From: Clostridia bacterium
GTDB lineage: Bacteria; Bacillota; Clostridia; HGM11514
Direction of reading: 5' to 3'
Assembly (NCBI GenBank): GCA_045586685.1
Contig: JAZNAU010000043.1
Coordinates: forward strand, 1-40,023
DNA: 40,023 nucleotides
This document shows, one piece after another, positions 1 through 10,196 of the stretch. The translations under genes and the position numbers were made by a program. The notes under the pieces were generated by a model. It worked only from the letters and a program-made list of their open reading frames with translations. It had not been told where the DNA came from and ran no database searches. The first letter of the stretch is position 1, and each line of letters begins with the position of its first letter.

Positions 1-10
1 GAGGGACCAC

Positions 11-244
11 ATGAAAAACGAAGTAGATTCTCTGGGAAGGTTTGTTATTCCTATAAAGTACAGAAGAAAAATGAACATAAATGCGGGAGATGAACTTGAT
101 GTTCTTTTTCAAAATGAAACGTTGGTACTGAAAAAAGTATATCCAACCTGTATTTTCTGCGACAGCCCAAAAGGGCTCACTGTTTTTGAAGAGCGGAATG
201 TATGTAAAAACTGTATGGAAAAAATAAAGAAAGGGTTGCCATAA
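11..244 (+). CDS. AbrB/MazE/SpoVT-family transition-state regulator with C-terminal CxxC...CxxC
   Basis: VDSLGRFVIP...RRKMNI..GDELD matches the AbrB N-terminal motif; C-terminal CIFC/CKNC is typical of clostridial AbrB; RBS GAGGGA at 1-6. Confidence 0.85.
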   Translation: MKNEVDSLGRFVIPIKYRRKMNINAGDELDVLFQNETLVLKKVYPTCIFCDSPKGLTVFEERNVCKNCMEKIKKGLP

Positions 245-257
245 CCCTTTCTTTTTT
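226..257. terminator. Probable bidirectional intrinsic terminator
   Basis: AAAGAAAGGGTT-gccat-AACCCTTTCTTT plus T-run, between the convergent abrB-like gene and pyr operon. Confidence 0.7.
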
Positions 258-260
258 AAT

Positions 261-452
261 GTTTCTCGTCCGTGCTTGTAGCTTACGTTTCGCTGCTCGG
301 GGGATAGGCTTTTCTCTGTCCAGCCTTCACCCCCTCTCGGTCGGTCGACTAAGCAGTTCCGTAGCTTGGAAAACAGAAAATAAAAACCAATTTTCTTGAT
401 TTTCCAAGCGTACTCACGGCTTACTCTCCCTGTTCGGGGGATAGGCTTTTCT
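261..452 (-). repeat. Modular palindromic repeat, locus 1 (full A unit 316-452 plus truncated B unit 261-315)
   Basis: Near-identical to 2540-2819 and to the reverse complement of 35101-35436; begins immediately after the pyrI TAG stop. Confidence 0.92.
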
Positions 453-872
453 CTATTCCTTCGCTTTTGCCTCGCAATAAATACACCGATAAATGCCTCG
501 TTCACGGTCGGTCAGGCGGAATACCTGAGGAAGCTCTTGCTCGGTTGTGGTGATACAACGGGGATTTTGACAGGTGATGACCCCTTCCACTTTTTCGGGC
601 AATTCCAGATGACCATGCTTCACGCGTTTGCCGTCCTGAATAATATTGACTGTAATACCGGGGTCAATATAACCCAGCACATCCAGATTCAAATCAATAA
701 CCTGATCAATTTTAATAATATCCTTTTTGCCCATTTTGACACTGTTTGCATTTTTGATAATGGCAACGGCACATTCCAACTCGTCAAGTTTTAAGATATG
801 ATACAGCTCCATACCCTTTCCCGCTTTAATATGATCCAGAACAATACCGTCGGTAATGGGATTTATAATCAT
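453..872 (-). CDS. pyrI: Aspartate carbamoyltransferase regulatory subunit
   Basis: GIVLDHI N-terminus; Zn ligands CQNPRC and CIYCE; directly downstream of pyrB. Confidence 0.95.
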   Translation of the reverse strand: MIINPITDGIVLDHIKAGKGMELYHILKLDELECAVAIIKNANSVKMGKKDIIKIDQVIDLNLDVLGYIDPGITVNIIQDGKRVKHGHLELPEKVEGVITCQNPRCITTTEQELPQVFRLTDRERGIYRCIYCEAKAKE

Positions 873-873
873 G

Positions 874-1788
874 CTATTCCACCTCCAGCAGTTTCATAAT
901 CAACGCCATGCGAATAATTTTTCCGTTCATGACCTGTTTAAAATAACAGGCTCTTGGGTCGGAGTCCACCTCAACCGAAATTTCGTTGACCCTAGGCAGA
1001 GGGTGAAGAACCGCCATGTCCGACTTTGCCAAAGACATTTTTTCTGCTGTCAAAATATAGCTGTCTTTTAATCGGATATAGTCGGCTTCATTAAAGAACC
1101 GTTCCTGCTGAACACGGGTCATATACAAAATATCAAGCTGAGGCAAGGCATCTTCCAGATTCGTGGTTTCTATATAAGGAACACCTTGTTTATCCAGCAC
1201 ATCCTGTCTTAAATAATCGGGAATTTTCAGCTCGTCAGGGGAAATAAAGACAAACTTGATGTTTTCATACCGACACATTGCCTGTAAGAGAGAATGGACA
1301 GTCCGCCCAAATTTTAAGTCACCGCAAAATCCTATGGTTAAATTGTCAAGTCTGCCCTTTTCCCGCTTAATAGTAAGCAAGTCTGCTAAGGTCTGGGTGG
1401 GATGATTGTGTCCCCCGTCCCCTGCGTTGATAATCGGAACGGGAGAATGGATGGCTGCGGCAAGGGGCGCCCCTTCTTTGGGATGACGCATAGCAATAAT
1501 ATCTGCATAACAGCCTACAACCTTCGCCGTATCTGCAACACTTTCTCCTTTTGAGGCAGAGCTGCTGGAGGCTTCCGAAAAACCCAGTACATTTCCGCCC
1601 AGCTCAAGCATAGCCGCTTCAAAGCTCAAACGGGTGCGGGTAGAGGGTTCAAAAAAGAGAGTGGCAATTTTTTTGCCCTTGCATTTCTGACTGTACTTTT
1701 CAGGATTGTCAATAATATCCAGAGAGGTGGCAATCAGCTGGTCAATCTCCTCTACCGATAAGGTCAAAATATCAATTAAATGACTCAT
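874..1788 (-). CDS. pyrB: Aspartate carbamoyltransferase catalytic subunit
   Basis: [18 protein letters not shown] and HPLPR motifs. Confidence 0.98.
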   Translation of the reverse strand: MSHLIDILTLSVEEIDQLIATSLDIIDNPEKYSQKCKGKKIATLFFEPSTRTRLSFEAAMLELGGNVLGFSEASSSSASKGESVADTAKVVGCYADIIAMRHPKEGAPLAAAIHSPVPIINAGDGGHNHPTQTLADLLTIKREKGRLDNLTIGFCGDLKFGRTVHSLLQAMCRYENIKFVFISPDELKIPDYLRQDVLDKQGVPYIETTNLEDALPQLDILYMTRVQQERFFNEADYIRLKDSYILTAEKMSLAKSDMAVLHPLPRVNEISVEVDSDPRACYFKQVMNGKIIRMALIMKLLEVE

Positions 1789-1844
1789 TTGTAAATACTC
1801 CTTTCCGTTCTGCGAAACATCGAAACAATTTTTTTAAGCAAGCG

Positions 1845-2483
1845 TCAGCTTTTCATCCAGCTTTCATCAGAAGGGTTGTTACGAAATGCAATTAAACGGT
1901 CAATATCTTCTTTTGAGATATAGCCTTCTTCGGCGGCAACCTTTGCCAGAGTATCTAAGTTTGACAGGCTGATATTGTTTACCTTTGCCTCTGCCAATCT
2001 GTCCAGACCTTTCTGCATTCCGTAGGTAAAAATGCTGACAATACCAAGCACTTCTGCCCCTGCTTCTCGTAATGCTTCTACTACTTCGATAACACTGCCG
2101 CCGGTAGAAATCAAGTCTTCTACCACAACTACCTTTTGCCCTGCCTCCAATTTTCCTTCAATTTGGTTTCCGCGGCCGTGGGTCTTGTTGCCGGAGCGAA
2201 CATATCCCATGGGCAGTCCCATCAGATGTGCGGTAATCGCCGCATGGGCAATTCCTGCGGTGCTGGTCCCCATGAGCACTTCACATTCGGGGTAGTTTGC
2301 TTTGATGGTTTCAGCCAGTGCGGTTTCCACATGAGTTCGTACCTCAGGTGCGGTTAAGGTCAGGCGGTTATCGCAATAAATGGGGCTTTTGATACCGCTT
2401 GCCCAGGTAAAGGGCTGGTCCGGTCTTAAAAATACTGCTTCAATAGAAAGTAAATCCTTTGCAATCAATTCCTGTATGTTCAT
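1845..2483 (-). CDS. pyrE: Orotate phosphoribosyltransferase
   Basis: [14 protein letters not shown] and PRPP-binding [13 protein letters not shown]. Confidence 0.97.
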   Translation of the reverse strand: MNIQELIAKDLLSIEAVFLRPDQPFTWASGIKSPIYCDNRLTLTAPEVRTHVETALAETIKANYPECEVLMGTSTAGIAHAAITAHLMGLPMGYVRSGNKTHGRGNQIEGKLEAGQKVVVVEDLISTGGSVIEVVEALREAGAEVLGIVSIFTYGMQKGLDRLAEAKVNNISLSNLDTLAKVAAEEGYISKEDIDRLIAFRNNPSDESWMKS

Positions 2484-2539
2484 TATTTTTCTCCTTTTAT
2501 TTTTTCACTGTTTTTTATTTATTGTTTAAAACTAAGTAT

Positions 2540-2819
2540 TTTTCTGTCCAGCCTCCACCCCCTCTCGACCGGTCGACTAAGCAGTTCCGTAGCTTGGAAA
2601 ACAAAAAATAAAAACCTATTTTCTTGATTTTCCAAGTGTACTTACGGCTTACTCTCCCTGCTCGGGGGATAGGCTTTTCTCTGTCCAGCCTCCACCCCCT
2701 TTCGGTCGCTCACTTAAGCAGCTCCGCTGACCTCGAAACAGAAAATAAAATACGTGTTTTCTTGGTTTCTCGTCCGTGCTTGCAGCTAAAGTTTCGCTGT
2801 TCGGGGGATAGGCTTTTCT
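2540..2819 (-). repeat. Modular palindromic repeat, locus 2 (B unit 2681-2819, A unit 2544-2680)
   Basis: Two tandem units of 139 and 137 bp inside the pyr operon, starting 3 nt after the pyrF stop; AGAAAA at both ends on the minus strand. Confidence 0.92.
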
Positions 2820-2822
2820 TTT

Positions 2823-3524
2823 TTATCCTTCTAAAAATTCTTTACAACAACGTAAGTATGCGGCCCTTGGGTCCGGGGCGGCGGTAACGGGTCTGCCTAC
2901 TACAATATAATCAGACCCAAGCTCTCGTGCCTTGGCGGGCGTGGTTACACGCACCTGATCCCCAACTTCTCCGTCAGCAAACCGAACTCCGGGAGTTACG
3001 GTCAGGAAATTGTGACCGCAATATTCTTTTACCTTTCCTGCTTCTAAGGGGGAGCATACCACTCCGTCCAAGCCTGATGTCATGGCGTTTTTTGCATAGT
3101 GCATGACCACTTGGTCAATGGGCTTGGGGATGAGAAGTTCATCTTCCATTGCTTGCTGGCTGGTAGAGGTTAACTGAGTAACCGCAATGAGCAAGGGACG
3201 GGTTCCGTCCTCACGGGTCAACCCTTCGATTGCGGCTTCCATCATGGCAGATGCTCCCGCTGCGTGAAGATTGCACATATCCACATCCAGACGGGACAGC
3301 ACTCTCATGGCTTTTTTTACGGTGTTGGGTATATCATGCAGTTTTAAATCCAAAAAGATTTGATGACCCCGTTCCTTGATTTCCTTTACAATGGACGGAC
3401 CTTCTGCATAATACAGCTCCATGCCGATTTTTAAATAGGGTTTTTTATCCGGAAACAAATCCAGAAATTCCATAACTTCTTTCTTACTGCTGAAATCGCA
3501 GGCAATAATGACATCCTTGCTCAT
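2823..3524 (-). CDS. pyrF: Orotidine-5'-phosphate decarboxylase
   Basis: [13 protein letters not shown] signature; VTPGVR and VVGRP motifs. Confidence 0.98.
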   Translation of the reverse strand: MSKDVIIACDFSSKKEVMEFLDLFPDKKPYLKIGMELYYAEGPSIVKEIKERGHQIFLDLKLHDIPNTVKKAMRVLSRLDVDMCNLHAAGASAMMEAAIEGLTREDGTRPLLIAVTQLTSTSQQAMEDELLIPKPIDQVVMHYAKNAMTSGLDGVVCSPLEAGKVKEYCGHNFLTVTPGVRFADGEVGDQVRVTTPAKARELGSDYIVVGRPVTAAPDPRAAYLRCCKEFLEG

Positions 3525-4432
3525 TGATGAGCACCTCCTATAATAGATTCTAAGGTTTCAATTCCATATTTTTTCATGGTGTCGGGCAGTTTGGCAATCA
3601 TATCCCGACAAACAAAGGGGTCAATCAAATTGGCAGCACCGATTTGCACGGCAGTAGCTCCTGCCAGCATCATTTCAATTACATCTTCAGCAGAAGACAC
3701 TCCTCCCATGCCGATAATGGGAATGGAAACGGCTTCATACACTTGGTACACCATTCGAAGTGCAACAGGAAAGATTGCGGGGCCTGAAAAACCGCCCATT
3801 TTATTGGCAATTACAGGTTTTTTTCGTTTTAAATCAATCCTCATACCCAGCATGGTGTTAATAAGACTTAACCCGTCTGCTCCCGCATCTTCACAAGCCT
3901 TGGCAACAGATACAATGTCCGTCACGTTGGGGGTTAGCTTAATCAATACGGGCTTTTTGGTCACACTTTTTACTGCCCGTGTGACAGCGGCGGCAGATGT
4001 AGGGTCTGTTCCAAAGCTCATCCCGCCGTGCTGTACATTAGGACAGCTGACGTTCACTTCAATCCAACCCACCTGAGGTTCCTTATCAATTTTTTCACAA
4101 CATTCCTGATATTCCTCAATGGAAAACCCGCTGATGTTTGCTATGACTTTTTTGTGAAAACATTCTTTTAGCTTGGGTAATTCCTCGCTGATAACCTTGT
4201 CAATCCCGGGATTTTGCAACCCGACTGCGTTAATCATCCCTGAGGGACATTCCGCAATTCTTGGGGTGGGATTTCCAAACCGTGCATCTCGAGTGGTTCC
4301 TTTAAAGGAAAAGGTTCCCAGCACGTTAATATCATAAAGTTCTGTAAATTCGTACCCATATCCAAAGGTACCGGAGGCGGGAATGACAGGGTTGTCCAAA
4401 GAAATACCGCACAAATCCACTTTTGTTACCAT
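3521..4432 (-). CDS. pyrD: Dihydroorotate dehydrogenase (family 1B) catalytic subunit
   Basis: [20 protein letters not shown] and GGFSG motifs; start placed at ATG 4432 after RBS AGGAGG, not at the ORF-track start 4471. Confidence 0.95.
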   Translation of the reverse strand: MVTKVDLCGISLDNPVIPASGTFGYGYEFTELYDINVLGTFSFKGTTRDARFGNPTPRIAECPSGMINAVGLQNPGIDKVISEELPKLKECFHKKVIANISGFSIEEYQECCEKIDKEPQVGWIEVNVSCPNVQHGGMSFGTDPTSAAAVTRAVKSVTKKPVLIKLTPNVTDIVSVAKACEDAGADGLSLINTMLGMRIDLKRKKPVIANKMGGFSGPAIFPVALRMVYQVYEAVSIPIIGMGGVSSAEDVIEMMLAGATAVQIGAANLIDPFVCRDMIAKLPDTMKKYGIETLESIIGGAHQ

Positions 4433-5157
4433 ATAATTTCCTCCTTCTTTAATACAGGTCCGTCTTTGCAAATCCGCTTATTTCCGTATTTAGTTTTACA
4501 GCTGCAACCCATACAGGCACCAAATCCGCAGCCCATTCGTTCTTCAAAGCTAAACTGACCCGAGCAATCAGTGTTTTCCGATACGGCCTTTAACATGGGG
4601 ATAGGCCCGCAAGCAAAGCAGTAAGAAAAGCCGTTCATAGGGACGTCCGTTACAAAGCCTTTGATACCGAAGCTTCCGTCTGCTGTGGCAACCTTTACGG
4701 TGACCCCAAGTTCTTCCAGCTCTTTTTGATAAAACACATCTTCCTTTGTCGCAAAGCCAAGCACAGCGGTAGGATTAGCACCTTGTTTTATCAGCTCCTT
4801 GGCAAGCTTATAAAGAGGAGGAACACCCACTCCCCCACCCACCAATAAGGGGGTTTTTCCTGCATCGGCAGGGGAAAATCCGTTGCCTAAGCCCGTCAGG
4901 CAATCCAAGGCCTGACCTTGTTTCATTTGGCTCATCTGTTCCGTTCCTTTTCCTACTGCCTTGTAAATGATGACAAGCTCTGAATCGTTGTAATCACAAA
5001 CGGAAATGGGACGGCGAAGGTAAAGTCCTTCCAGTTTAATATTGATAAACTGTCCCGGTGCTGTTACCCCGGAAGCATCTCCTTCCAGTACCATTTTATA
5101 GACATCGCGGGCAATTTTATGGTTGTCCTTAATAATCAAAATTCCCTGTTTCATCAT
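4426..5157 (-). CDS. pyrK: Dihydroorotate dehydrogenase electron transfer subunit
   Basis: RRPISV FAD motif, GGGVGVPP, and 2Fe-2S motif CGFGACMGC...C; ATG 5157 overlaps the pyrC stop (ATGA). Confidence 0.94.
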   Translation of the reverse strand: MMKQGILIIKDNHKIARDVYKMVLEGDASGVTAPGQFINIKLEGLYLRRPISVCDYNDSELVIIYKAVGKGTEQMSQMKQGQALDCLTGLGNGFSPADAGKTPLLVGGGVGVPPLYKLAKELIKQGANPTAVLGFATKEDVFYQKELEELGVTVKVATADGSFGIKGFVTDVPMNGFSYCFACGPIPMLKAVSENTDCSGQFSFEERMGCGFGACMGCSCKTKYGNKRICKDGPVLKKEEIIW

Positions 5158-6416
5158 TCCCCTTCTTTCCATACAATGTTTCCGTCGCACACCGTCATAC
5201 GACATGCCCCAAACACTTCCATTCCCTCAAAAGGTGTGCTTTTTCCCTTGGAAATAAAGTCCTTCGGGTCAATGGTGTAGCGTTTATTTAAGTCAAACAC
5301 GGTCAGATTGGCAGGCTGTCCGATTTCAATTTGGTTTCCGATTCCAAACCGCTTGGACGGATTCTCGTGCATCAGTGCCATTAACTGTTCCAATGATAAA
5401 ATGCCCGTCTTAACCAGATGGGTATATAACACAGGGAATGCAGTTTCCAAGCCTACAACCCCCATCATGCTTTTTTCCAAGCCTTTGCTTTTTTCCTCTG
5501 CAGAATGAGGAGCATGGTCGGTAGCAATCATGGAAATGGTTCCGTCCAATAACCCTTTCACCAATGCTTCTTTGTCCTCTTTTCCCCGAATGGGAGGGTT
5601 CATTTTAAACCGACCGTCCTCCAAAAGAGCGGAATCATCCAGCACCAGATAATGAGGACCCGTTTCCGCTGTTACGTCCAAGCCGTTGTTTCTTGCCTCT
5701 CGGATAAGAGCTACACTTTCCTTTGCGGAAACATGACACACATGATAGGCACATCCTGTTTCCTTGACCAGTTCCAAATCCCTTGCTATGGGTTTCCATT
5801 CGCTTTCGGAGCAGATTCCCTTGTGCCCATGTTTTTTTGCATACTCGCCCTCGTGAATATAACCGCCTCTGAGCAGGGAGTTGTCTTCACAGTGAGCCAC
5901 CACAATTTTACTTAACTCTTTTGCTTTTTCCATTGCAGAACGCATCAGCTCACAAGATTGTATTCCCTTGCCGTCATCCGAAAAACCGATGACAAGCTCT
6001 TTCATTTCTTCCATGGCAGAAAGGGTTTCGCCCTGTTGTCCCACCGTCAGAGAACCGTAAGGGTGCACATGAATCAATGCATCTTTTTCGATTGCCGTTA
6101 ACTGCTGGTCCAAGTGATTTTTGCAATCGGGAACAGGGGATAAGTTGGGCATGGAGCAAACATGAGTGTAGCCGCCCCGTGCCGCTGCCTTTGTTCCTGT
6201 TTCTATCGTTTCCTTATACAAAAAACCCGGTTCTCGAAGATGAACATGAACATCAACAAAACCGGGGAAAATCATACAACCCTCAAAATGAAACACCTGT
6301 ACTGTATCAGGAAATGAAGAAGCGATTCCGGCAATCCGACCATCTTCAATCAGTAGATCAGCCTTGCGGAATTGATGCTCCAGATATACAGTTGCACCGG
6401 ATAAAATATATTTCAT
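5154..6416 (-). CDS. pyrC: Dihydroorotase
   Basis: DVHVHLREPG, KMNPP and ATDHAPH motifs. Confidence 0.97.
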   Translation of the reverse strand: MKYILSGATVYLEHQFRKADLLIEDGRIAGIASSFPDTVQVFHFEGCMIFPGFVDVHVHLREPGFLYKETIETGTKAAARGGYTHVCSMPNLSPVPDCKNHLDQQLTAIEKDALIHVHPYGSLTVGQQGETLSAMEEMKELVIGFSDDGKGIQSCELMRSAMEKAKELSKIVVAHCEDNSLLRGGYIHEGEYAKKHGHKGICSESEWKPIARDLELVKETGCAYHVCHVSAKESVALIREARNNGLDVTAETGPHYLVLDDSALLEDGRFKMNPPIRGKEDKEALVKGLLDGTISMIATDHAPHSAEEKSKGLEKSMMGVVGLETAFPVLYTHLVKTGILSLEQLMALMHENPSKRFGIGNQIEIGQPANLTVFDLNKRYTIDPKDFISKGKSTPFEGMEVFGACRMTVCDGNIVWKEGE

Positions 6417-6451
6417 GAAACTGTTTCCTTTCCGTTTCTTTTATGATTAAA

Positions 6452-6480
6452 ATTATAGCATATTTTTTACAAAAAGTCAA
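6452..6480 (-). promoter_or_regulatory. sigmaA promoter of the pyr operon
   Basis: TTGACT-17-TATAAT with extended TG on the minus strand, about 35 nt upstream of pyrC. Confidence 0.75.
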
Positions 6481-6540
6481 GGGAATTTCAGGCAAAAGGA
6501 TAGGACCGATTCCAGACAAAAAATTCATTCAAAAAACTCA

Positions 6541-6569
6541 TTGCAATTCTGTTTGTTTTGTGTTATGAT
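6541..6569 (+). promoter_or_regulatory. sigmaA promoter of the dnaD/dnaC-like pair
   Basis: TTGCAA-17-TATGAT with extended TG. Confidence 0.65.
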
Positions 6570-6600
6570 AGAAATAGAATAAAAAAGGCGAGGAATCAGG

Positions 6601-7584
6601 ATGGCAAAGCGAATGATGAAAAACGGGGGGTTTGTGGCAGTTCCCTATGAATTTATTGATAAGCATTTAAGCAATGCAAACGGTACCTTTGTGAAGGTCT
6701 ATCTTTATGCTATGCGTCATGGCGGGGAGGAAATCACCGACGAAGGAATCGCAGAGGCCCTCGGAATATTGGAATCCGATGTGCTGAAAGCATGGCGTTA
6801 TTGGGAAAAACAGGGAGTGGTGTCTTTAGAAAAAGGTGAGGTGGATTTTGACCCTCGTGTTGTTGAGGCACCAAAGCCTGTGGAGGAGAAAAAATCTGAA
6901 CGCAAAAACAAATATACCGAGCAGGAAATGGTCCAGGCAATGGAAAATAACGAGGAATTAAAATTTTTATATAGCTTTGCTCAGCAAAAGCTGGGAAATA
7001 TCATTCCTCCGGCAGATGTGAATATTTTATTTTCCTTGTATGACTGGCTCAAGCTTCCTGTGGAAGTGATTGTGATGTTGTTTGAATATTGTACTGACAA
7101 AGGGAAGCTTAATATGCGGTACATAGAAAGCACCGCCCTTCGTTGGGCGGAACAAGGACTTCGCACCACCGAGCAGGTGGATGAGTATTGCCGTCGGGAA
7201 GAGGAACAAAAAAAGAACTATGCAGAGTTTCAAAAAGCAACGGGAATTTCGGGAAGAACCTTGAGTCAGACGGAAAAAAAATATATTGATACCTGGACGG
7301 AGCAATTAAGGTTTTCCATGGAGATGATTTTGCTGGCGTATGAACAAACGGTCATGAACACGGGACAAATCAGCATGCCCTATATGAACAAAATTCTGAC
7401 CAGCTGGCATCGCGAGGGAATTACCTCCCCCTTGGCTGTGAAACAAGCAAAGGAACAATATCGGGCAGCGAAGGGTGAAAAGAAAACGGTGAAAACCGGA
7501 TTTAACCGTACGGCTCCTATGTCAGAAGATGACTTGCTGGCACAGGAAATTCAGAATCGAAGAATGAAAAATCAAAATAACTGA
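6601..7584 (+). CDS. DnaD-domain replication protein (two DnaD/DnaB_2 domains)
   Basis: N-terminal FIDKHL..ANG.FVKVYLY; two repeats of the YI...W...GI/GL.T motif (YIESTALRWAEQGLRT, YMNKILTSWHREGIT). Confidence 0.85.
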   Translation: MAKRMMKNGGFVAVPYEFIDKHLSNANGTFVKVYLYAMRHGGEEITDEGIAEALGILESDVLKAWRYWEKQGVVSLEKGEVDFDPRVVEAPKPVEEKKSERKNKYTEQEMVQAMENNEELKFLYSFAQQKLGNIIPPADVNILFSLYDWLKLPVEVIVMLFEYCTDKGKLNMRYIESTALRWAEQGLRTTEQVDEYCRREEEQKKNYAEFQKATGISGRTLSQTEKKYIDTWTEQLRFSMEMILLAYEQTVMNTGQISMPYMNKILTSWHREGITSPLAVKQAKEQYRAAKGEKKTVKTGFNRTAPMSEDDLLAQEIQNRRMKNQNN

Positions 7585-7603
7585 TTGTATTGGAGAAAAA
7601 AAT

Positions 7604-8569
7604 ATGGAATCCATTCACCAGAAAATTGAAGCAGAATACAGGGACATTCGAATGCGGAATCAAGAAGAGAGAAAGCGTCGGATAAAAATGCTGTATGCAA
7701 AAAATCCAAAAATTGAGGAGCTGGAGGAAGAAACCTACCGTACTTATGCAAAGCTGACTGCACAGCTGTTTGAAAATGGAACCGATGCAGAAGAAAACAG
7801 CAAAAAAATACATCAGCTTCAGCAGGAAAAAAAGACCTTGATGAAACAGGCGGGATATCCTGAAAATTATCTGGATACGATTTATACCTGCCCCCATTGT
7901 CAGGACACCGGATTTGTGCATATTACTCCCTGTGACTGTTATCGGGAAAAAAAGAGGAAATATCTTTATGAAGCGGCAAATCTTACGCCTGTAATGCAGA
8001 CTCAGTCCTTCGACAGCTTTTCTTTTGATTATTACAGCAAAGAACCTCTTGTTTCCACCGGACAGTCTCCTTATATGTATGCAAAAGCTATTTTTAACGA
8101 ATGTCGAAATTTTGTGGAAAAAGAAGAGTACAAGCAGGGAACCAATCTGTATTTATACGGCGACCCTGGCTTGGGAAAAACCTTTTTGTGCAGTTGTATT
8201 GCTCAGGAGTTGTTAACACGGGAGGTTCCCGTTTTGTATCAGACGGCATACCGATTATTTACCATTTTAGAGAATGCCCGTTTTAAAAAGGACGAAACCT
8301 GTGAATCAATGGAAAAGCAATTTTATGAAATTCCCGTACTCATGATTGATGATTTGGGGACAGAATTTGTCACCACCTATACCAGTGCGGTTTTGTTTGA
8401 TTTAATCAATACAAGAGTGCAGAATAAAAAAAGCACGATTATCAGCAGTAATCTGAGTATGACTTTGATGAAAGAAAATTACTCCGATCGGGTTCAGTCC
8501 AGAATTTTTGGAGAATTTAAATTATTGAAATTTCACGGAACGGATATCAGAAAGCAACAAGCGTTATAA
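7604..8569 (+). CDS. DnaC/DnaI-like helicase loader AAA+ ATPase
   Basis: Zn motif CPHCQDTG...CDC, Walker A GDPGLGKT, Walker B LMIDDLGTE, TIISSN; follows the DnaD gene. Confidence 0.88.
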   Translation: MESIHQKIEAEYRDIRMRNQEERKRRIKMLYAKNPKIEELEEETYRTYAKLTAQLFENGTDAEENSKKIHQLQQEKKTLMKQAGYPENYLDTIYTCPHCQDTGFVHITPCDCYREKKRKYLYEAANLTPVMQTQSFDSFSFDYYSKEPLVSTGQSPYMYAKAIFNECRNFVEKEEYKQGTNLYLYGDPGLGKTFLCSCIAQELLTREVPVLYQTAYRLFTILENARFKKDETCESMEKQFYEIPVLMIDDLGTEFVTTYTSAVLFDLINTRVQNKKSTIISSNLSMTLMKENYSDRVQSRIFGEFKLLKFHGTDIRKQQAL

Positions 8570-8571
8570 AA

Positions 8572-8610
8572 AAGAGGAAGCAGCGAAAGGATTTTACTGC
8601 TTCCTCTTCT
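8572..8610. terminator. Probable bidirectional terminator
   Basis: AAGAGGAAGCAG...CTGCTTCCTCTT inverted repeat between convergent genes. Confidence 0.7.
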
Positions 8611-10122
8611 CTATTTTAATTGAAAAATTCCCTTGACCCACAGAGTATCTTCTTTACTAAAACATCCTGTGAGACGAAGCAGAGCAAGATAACACAAAAG
8701 GCTTACCACTCCTGCTAAAATGAAAAACGGGGTATGTTCCAGCCCAAAAAACAGTGCTGTAAATTTTCCCAAATATACGGAAATTCCCGTACAAAGGAAG
8801 GGAAGAACAATTCCTCTTGCCAAAAACAAATGAAAACAGGCAACCTGTGATAATCGGCGAAAGCTTAAGGTAAAATTTAAAATTTCACTAAAGCAAATTA
8901 AAAAAACATATCCTGCTGTCCCAAATTTCGGTAACAGAAAAAACAGCAAGCCCAACCCAACAGCGGAATCAATAATATTATATTTCATAGATTGCACCTG
9001 CTCATCTAAGCCTTTAAGCATATTATCCACCGTGTGGTCTAAGTACATTACAGGTACAATCAAGGCAAGCATTTTTAAGTAGACCGCATTGTTTGCCTGA
9101 TGTCCCGATGCTGACAGCAGTTCCTCTGCAAAGAAAAACAAAAAGCCTGCCGTTCCAATAGAAAACAACAAGGTTAATTGCAAGCTTCGGTCAATAAAAT
9201 AAGTCATTCTTCGACTATGATTTCCGCTTTTTGCCCGTACCTCTGCTACTTCCGGTATCATTAAATTGGAAAAGGAAAACAGCAAAGAGGTGGGAAAGAG
9301 AATAATAGGAAGAACAATTCCGTGAATAATTCCAAAGGCGGAAACCGCCTGACGATGGCTCATGCCGTACTTCTGCAGTTGCGAAGGCACCAGCAGATGC
9401 TTGACCGTTACCAATCCCGACCGCAAATAAGAGGATAGGGCGATGGGCAGTGCAATTCGCAACAGTCCGCCCGTTGCCTTTTTGGTCCCTTTGTTTTTTC
9501 GTCTGTCAAACCGATACAGACAGTAGGAGGCGAGAAAGCTTACTCCTTCTCCCAGAGCCCCTGCAAGAATCAGAGCAAGACAAGCATATTCCTCTCCCCT
9601 AGGCAGCAGGAAGGACAAAAATCCTAAGGTCAGCCCAATTTTTAACAGTTGTTCACCAATTTGAATGACTGCCGTTTTGTATACTTTTCTGACAGCGGTA
9701 AAATATCCCGACAAAATGCCCGATGCAGCAACAAAAGGCAGAGATAATGCCATAATGCGGAGGGGTAAAAGGGCGTTGCTTTGATGCAGTACCCATTGAC
9801 CTAAGAAAGGAGAAAGTATCAGCAAAGCACCGCAGCTTCCAAATCCAAAAACACCGGCATACAAAAAACATTTTTTTAATATTCCTGAAAGCTTTGCGTC
9901 CCTGTTCTCTGAAATTAACCGCATAGTAGCAAAATTTGCCCCCGAGGAAGCAAAGGTAACCCCAAAAGAATAGACAGACATCATTAACTGATAATGCCCC
10001 ATCATGGCTGTCCCGATTTTTTGTGTTAAAAACAGACTGAACCAGACCCCGATTCCGCTCATGAGAAAAGAGGTTACTGCAGAAACCGTTCCGTTTATGA
10101 GTAATAATCCCACTCGTTTCAA
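8611..10122 (-). CDS. spoVB: SpoVB-like MOP-family flippase (polysaccharide biosynthesis/MATE superfamily)
   Basis: Multi-TM protein with IG...MGHYQL, A.SG...A..RLISE, QIGEQ and LKGLDEQ features; likely TTG start at 10122 after RBS GGGTGAT; sigmaE promoter directly upstream. Confidence 0.75.
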   Translation of the reverse strand: MKRVGLLLINGTVSAVTSFLMSGIGVWFSLFLTQKIGTAMMGHYQLMMSVYSFGVTFASSGANFATMRLISENRDAKLSGILKKCFLYAGVFGFGSCGALLILSPFLGQWVLHQSNALLPLRIMALSLPFVAASGILSGYFTAVRKVYKTAVIQIGEQLLKIGLTLGFLSFLLPRGEEYACLALILAGALGEGVSFLASYCLYRFDRRKNKGTKKATGGLLRIALPIALSSYLRSGLVTVKHLLVPSQLQKYGMSHRQAVSAFGIIHGIVLPIILFPTSLLFSFSNLMIPEVAEVRAKSGNHSRRMTYFIDRSLQLTLLFSIGTAGFLFFFAEELLSASGHQANNAVYLKMLALIVPVMYLDHTVDNMLKGLDEQVQSMKYNIIDSAVGLGLLFFLLPKFGTAGYVFLICFSEILNFTLSFRRLSQVACFHLFLARGIVLPFLCTGISVYLGKFTALFFGLEHTPFFILAGVVSLLCYLALLRLTGCFSKEDTLWVKGIFQLK

Positions 10123-10138
10123 ATAAATCACCCGTAAC

Positions 10139-10167
10139 ACTGTATGTTTTTATAACGGAATTTATGA
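10139..10167 (-). promoter_or_regulatory. sigmaE (mother-cell sporulation) promoter of the spoVB-like gene
   Basis: TCATAAA-N14-CATACAGT on the minus strand, a close match to the Bacillus sigmaE consensus. Confidence 0.72.
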
Positions 10168-10196
10168 TTGTAAAGCAAGGGGTTTTGTGATATAAT
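10168..10196 (+). promoter_or_regulatory. sigmaA promoter upstream of the HSDH/lactate permease genes
   Basis: TTGTAA-17-TATAAT with extended TG. Confidence 0.65.

Noticed and set aside
2540-2819. PyrR attenuator or riboswitch between pyrF and pyrE
   Set aside because: There is no ARUCCNGNGAGGYU motif on the sense strand, and the same sequence occurs after argB and after the last pyr gene.
396-2887. ORFs 396-794 and 2624-2887 sharing the N-terminus MIFQ.Y.RLTLP.RGIGFSL
   Set aside because: The similarity comes from the repeat unit; both have TTG starts, no clear RBS, and run antisense into pyr genes.
6601-8569. Prophage or ICE replication module (DnaD plus IstB-like ATPase)
   Set aside because: No integrase, structural or transposase genes are nearby; it matches the ordinary clostridial primosome pair with its own promoter and terminator.
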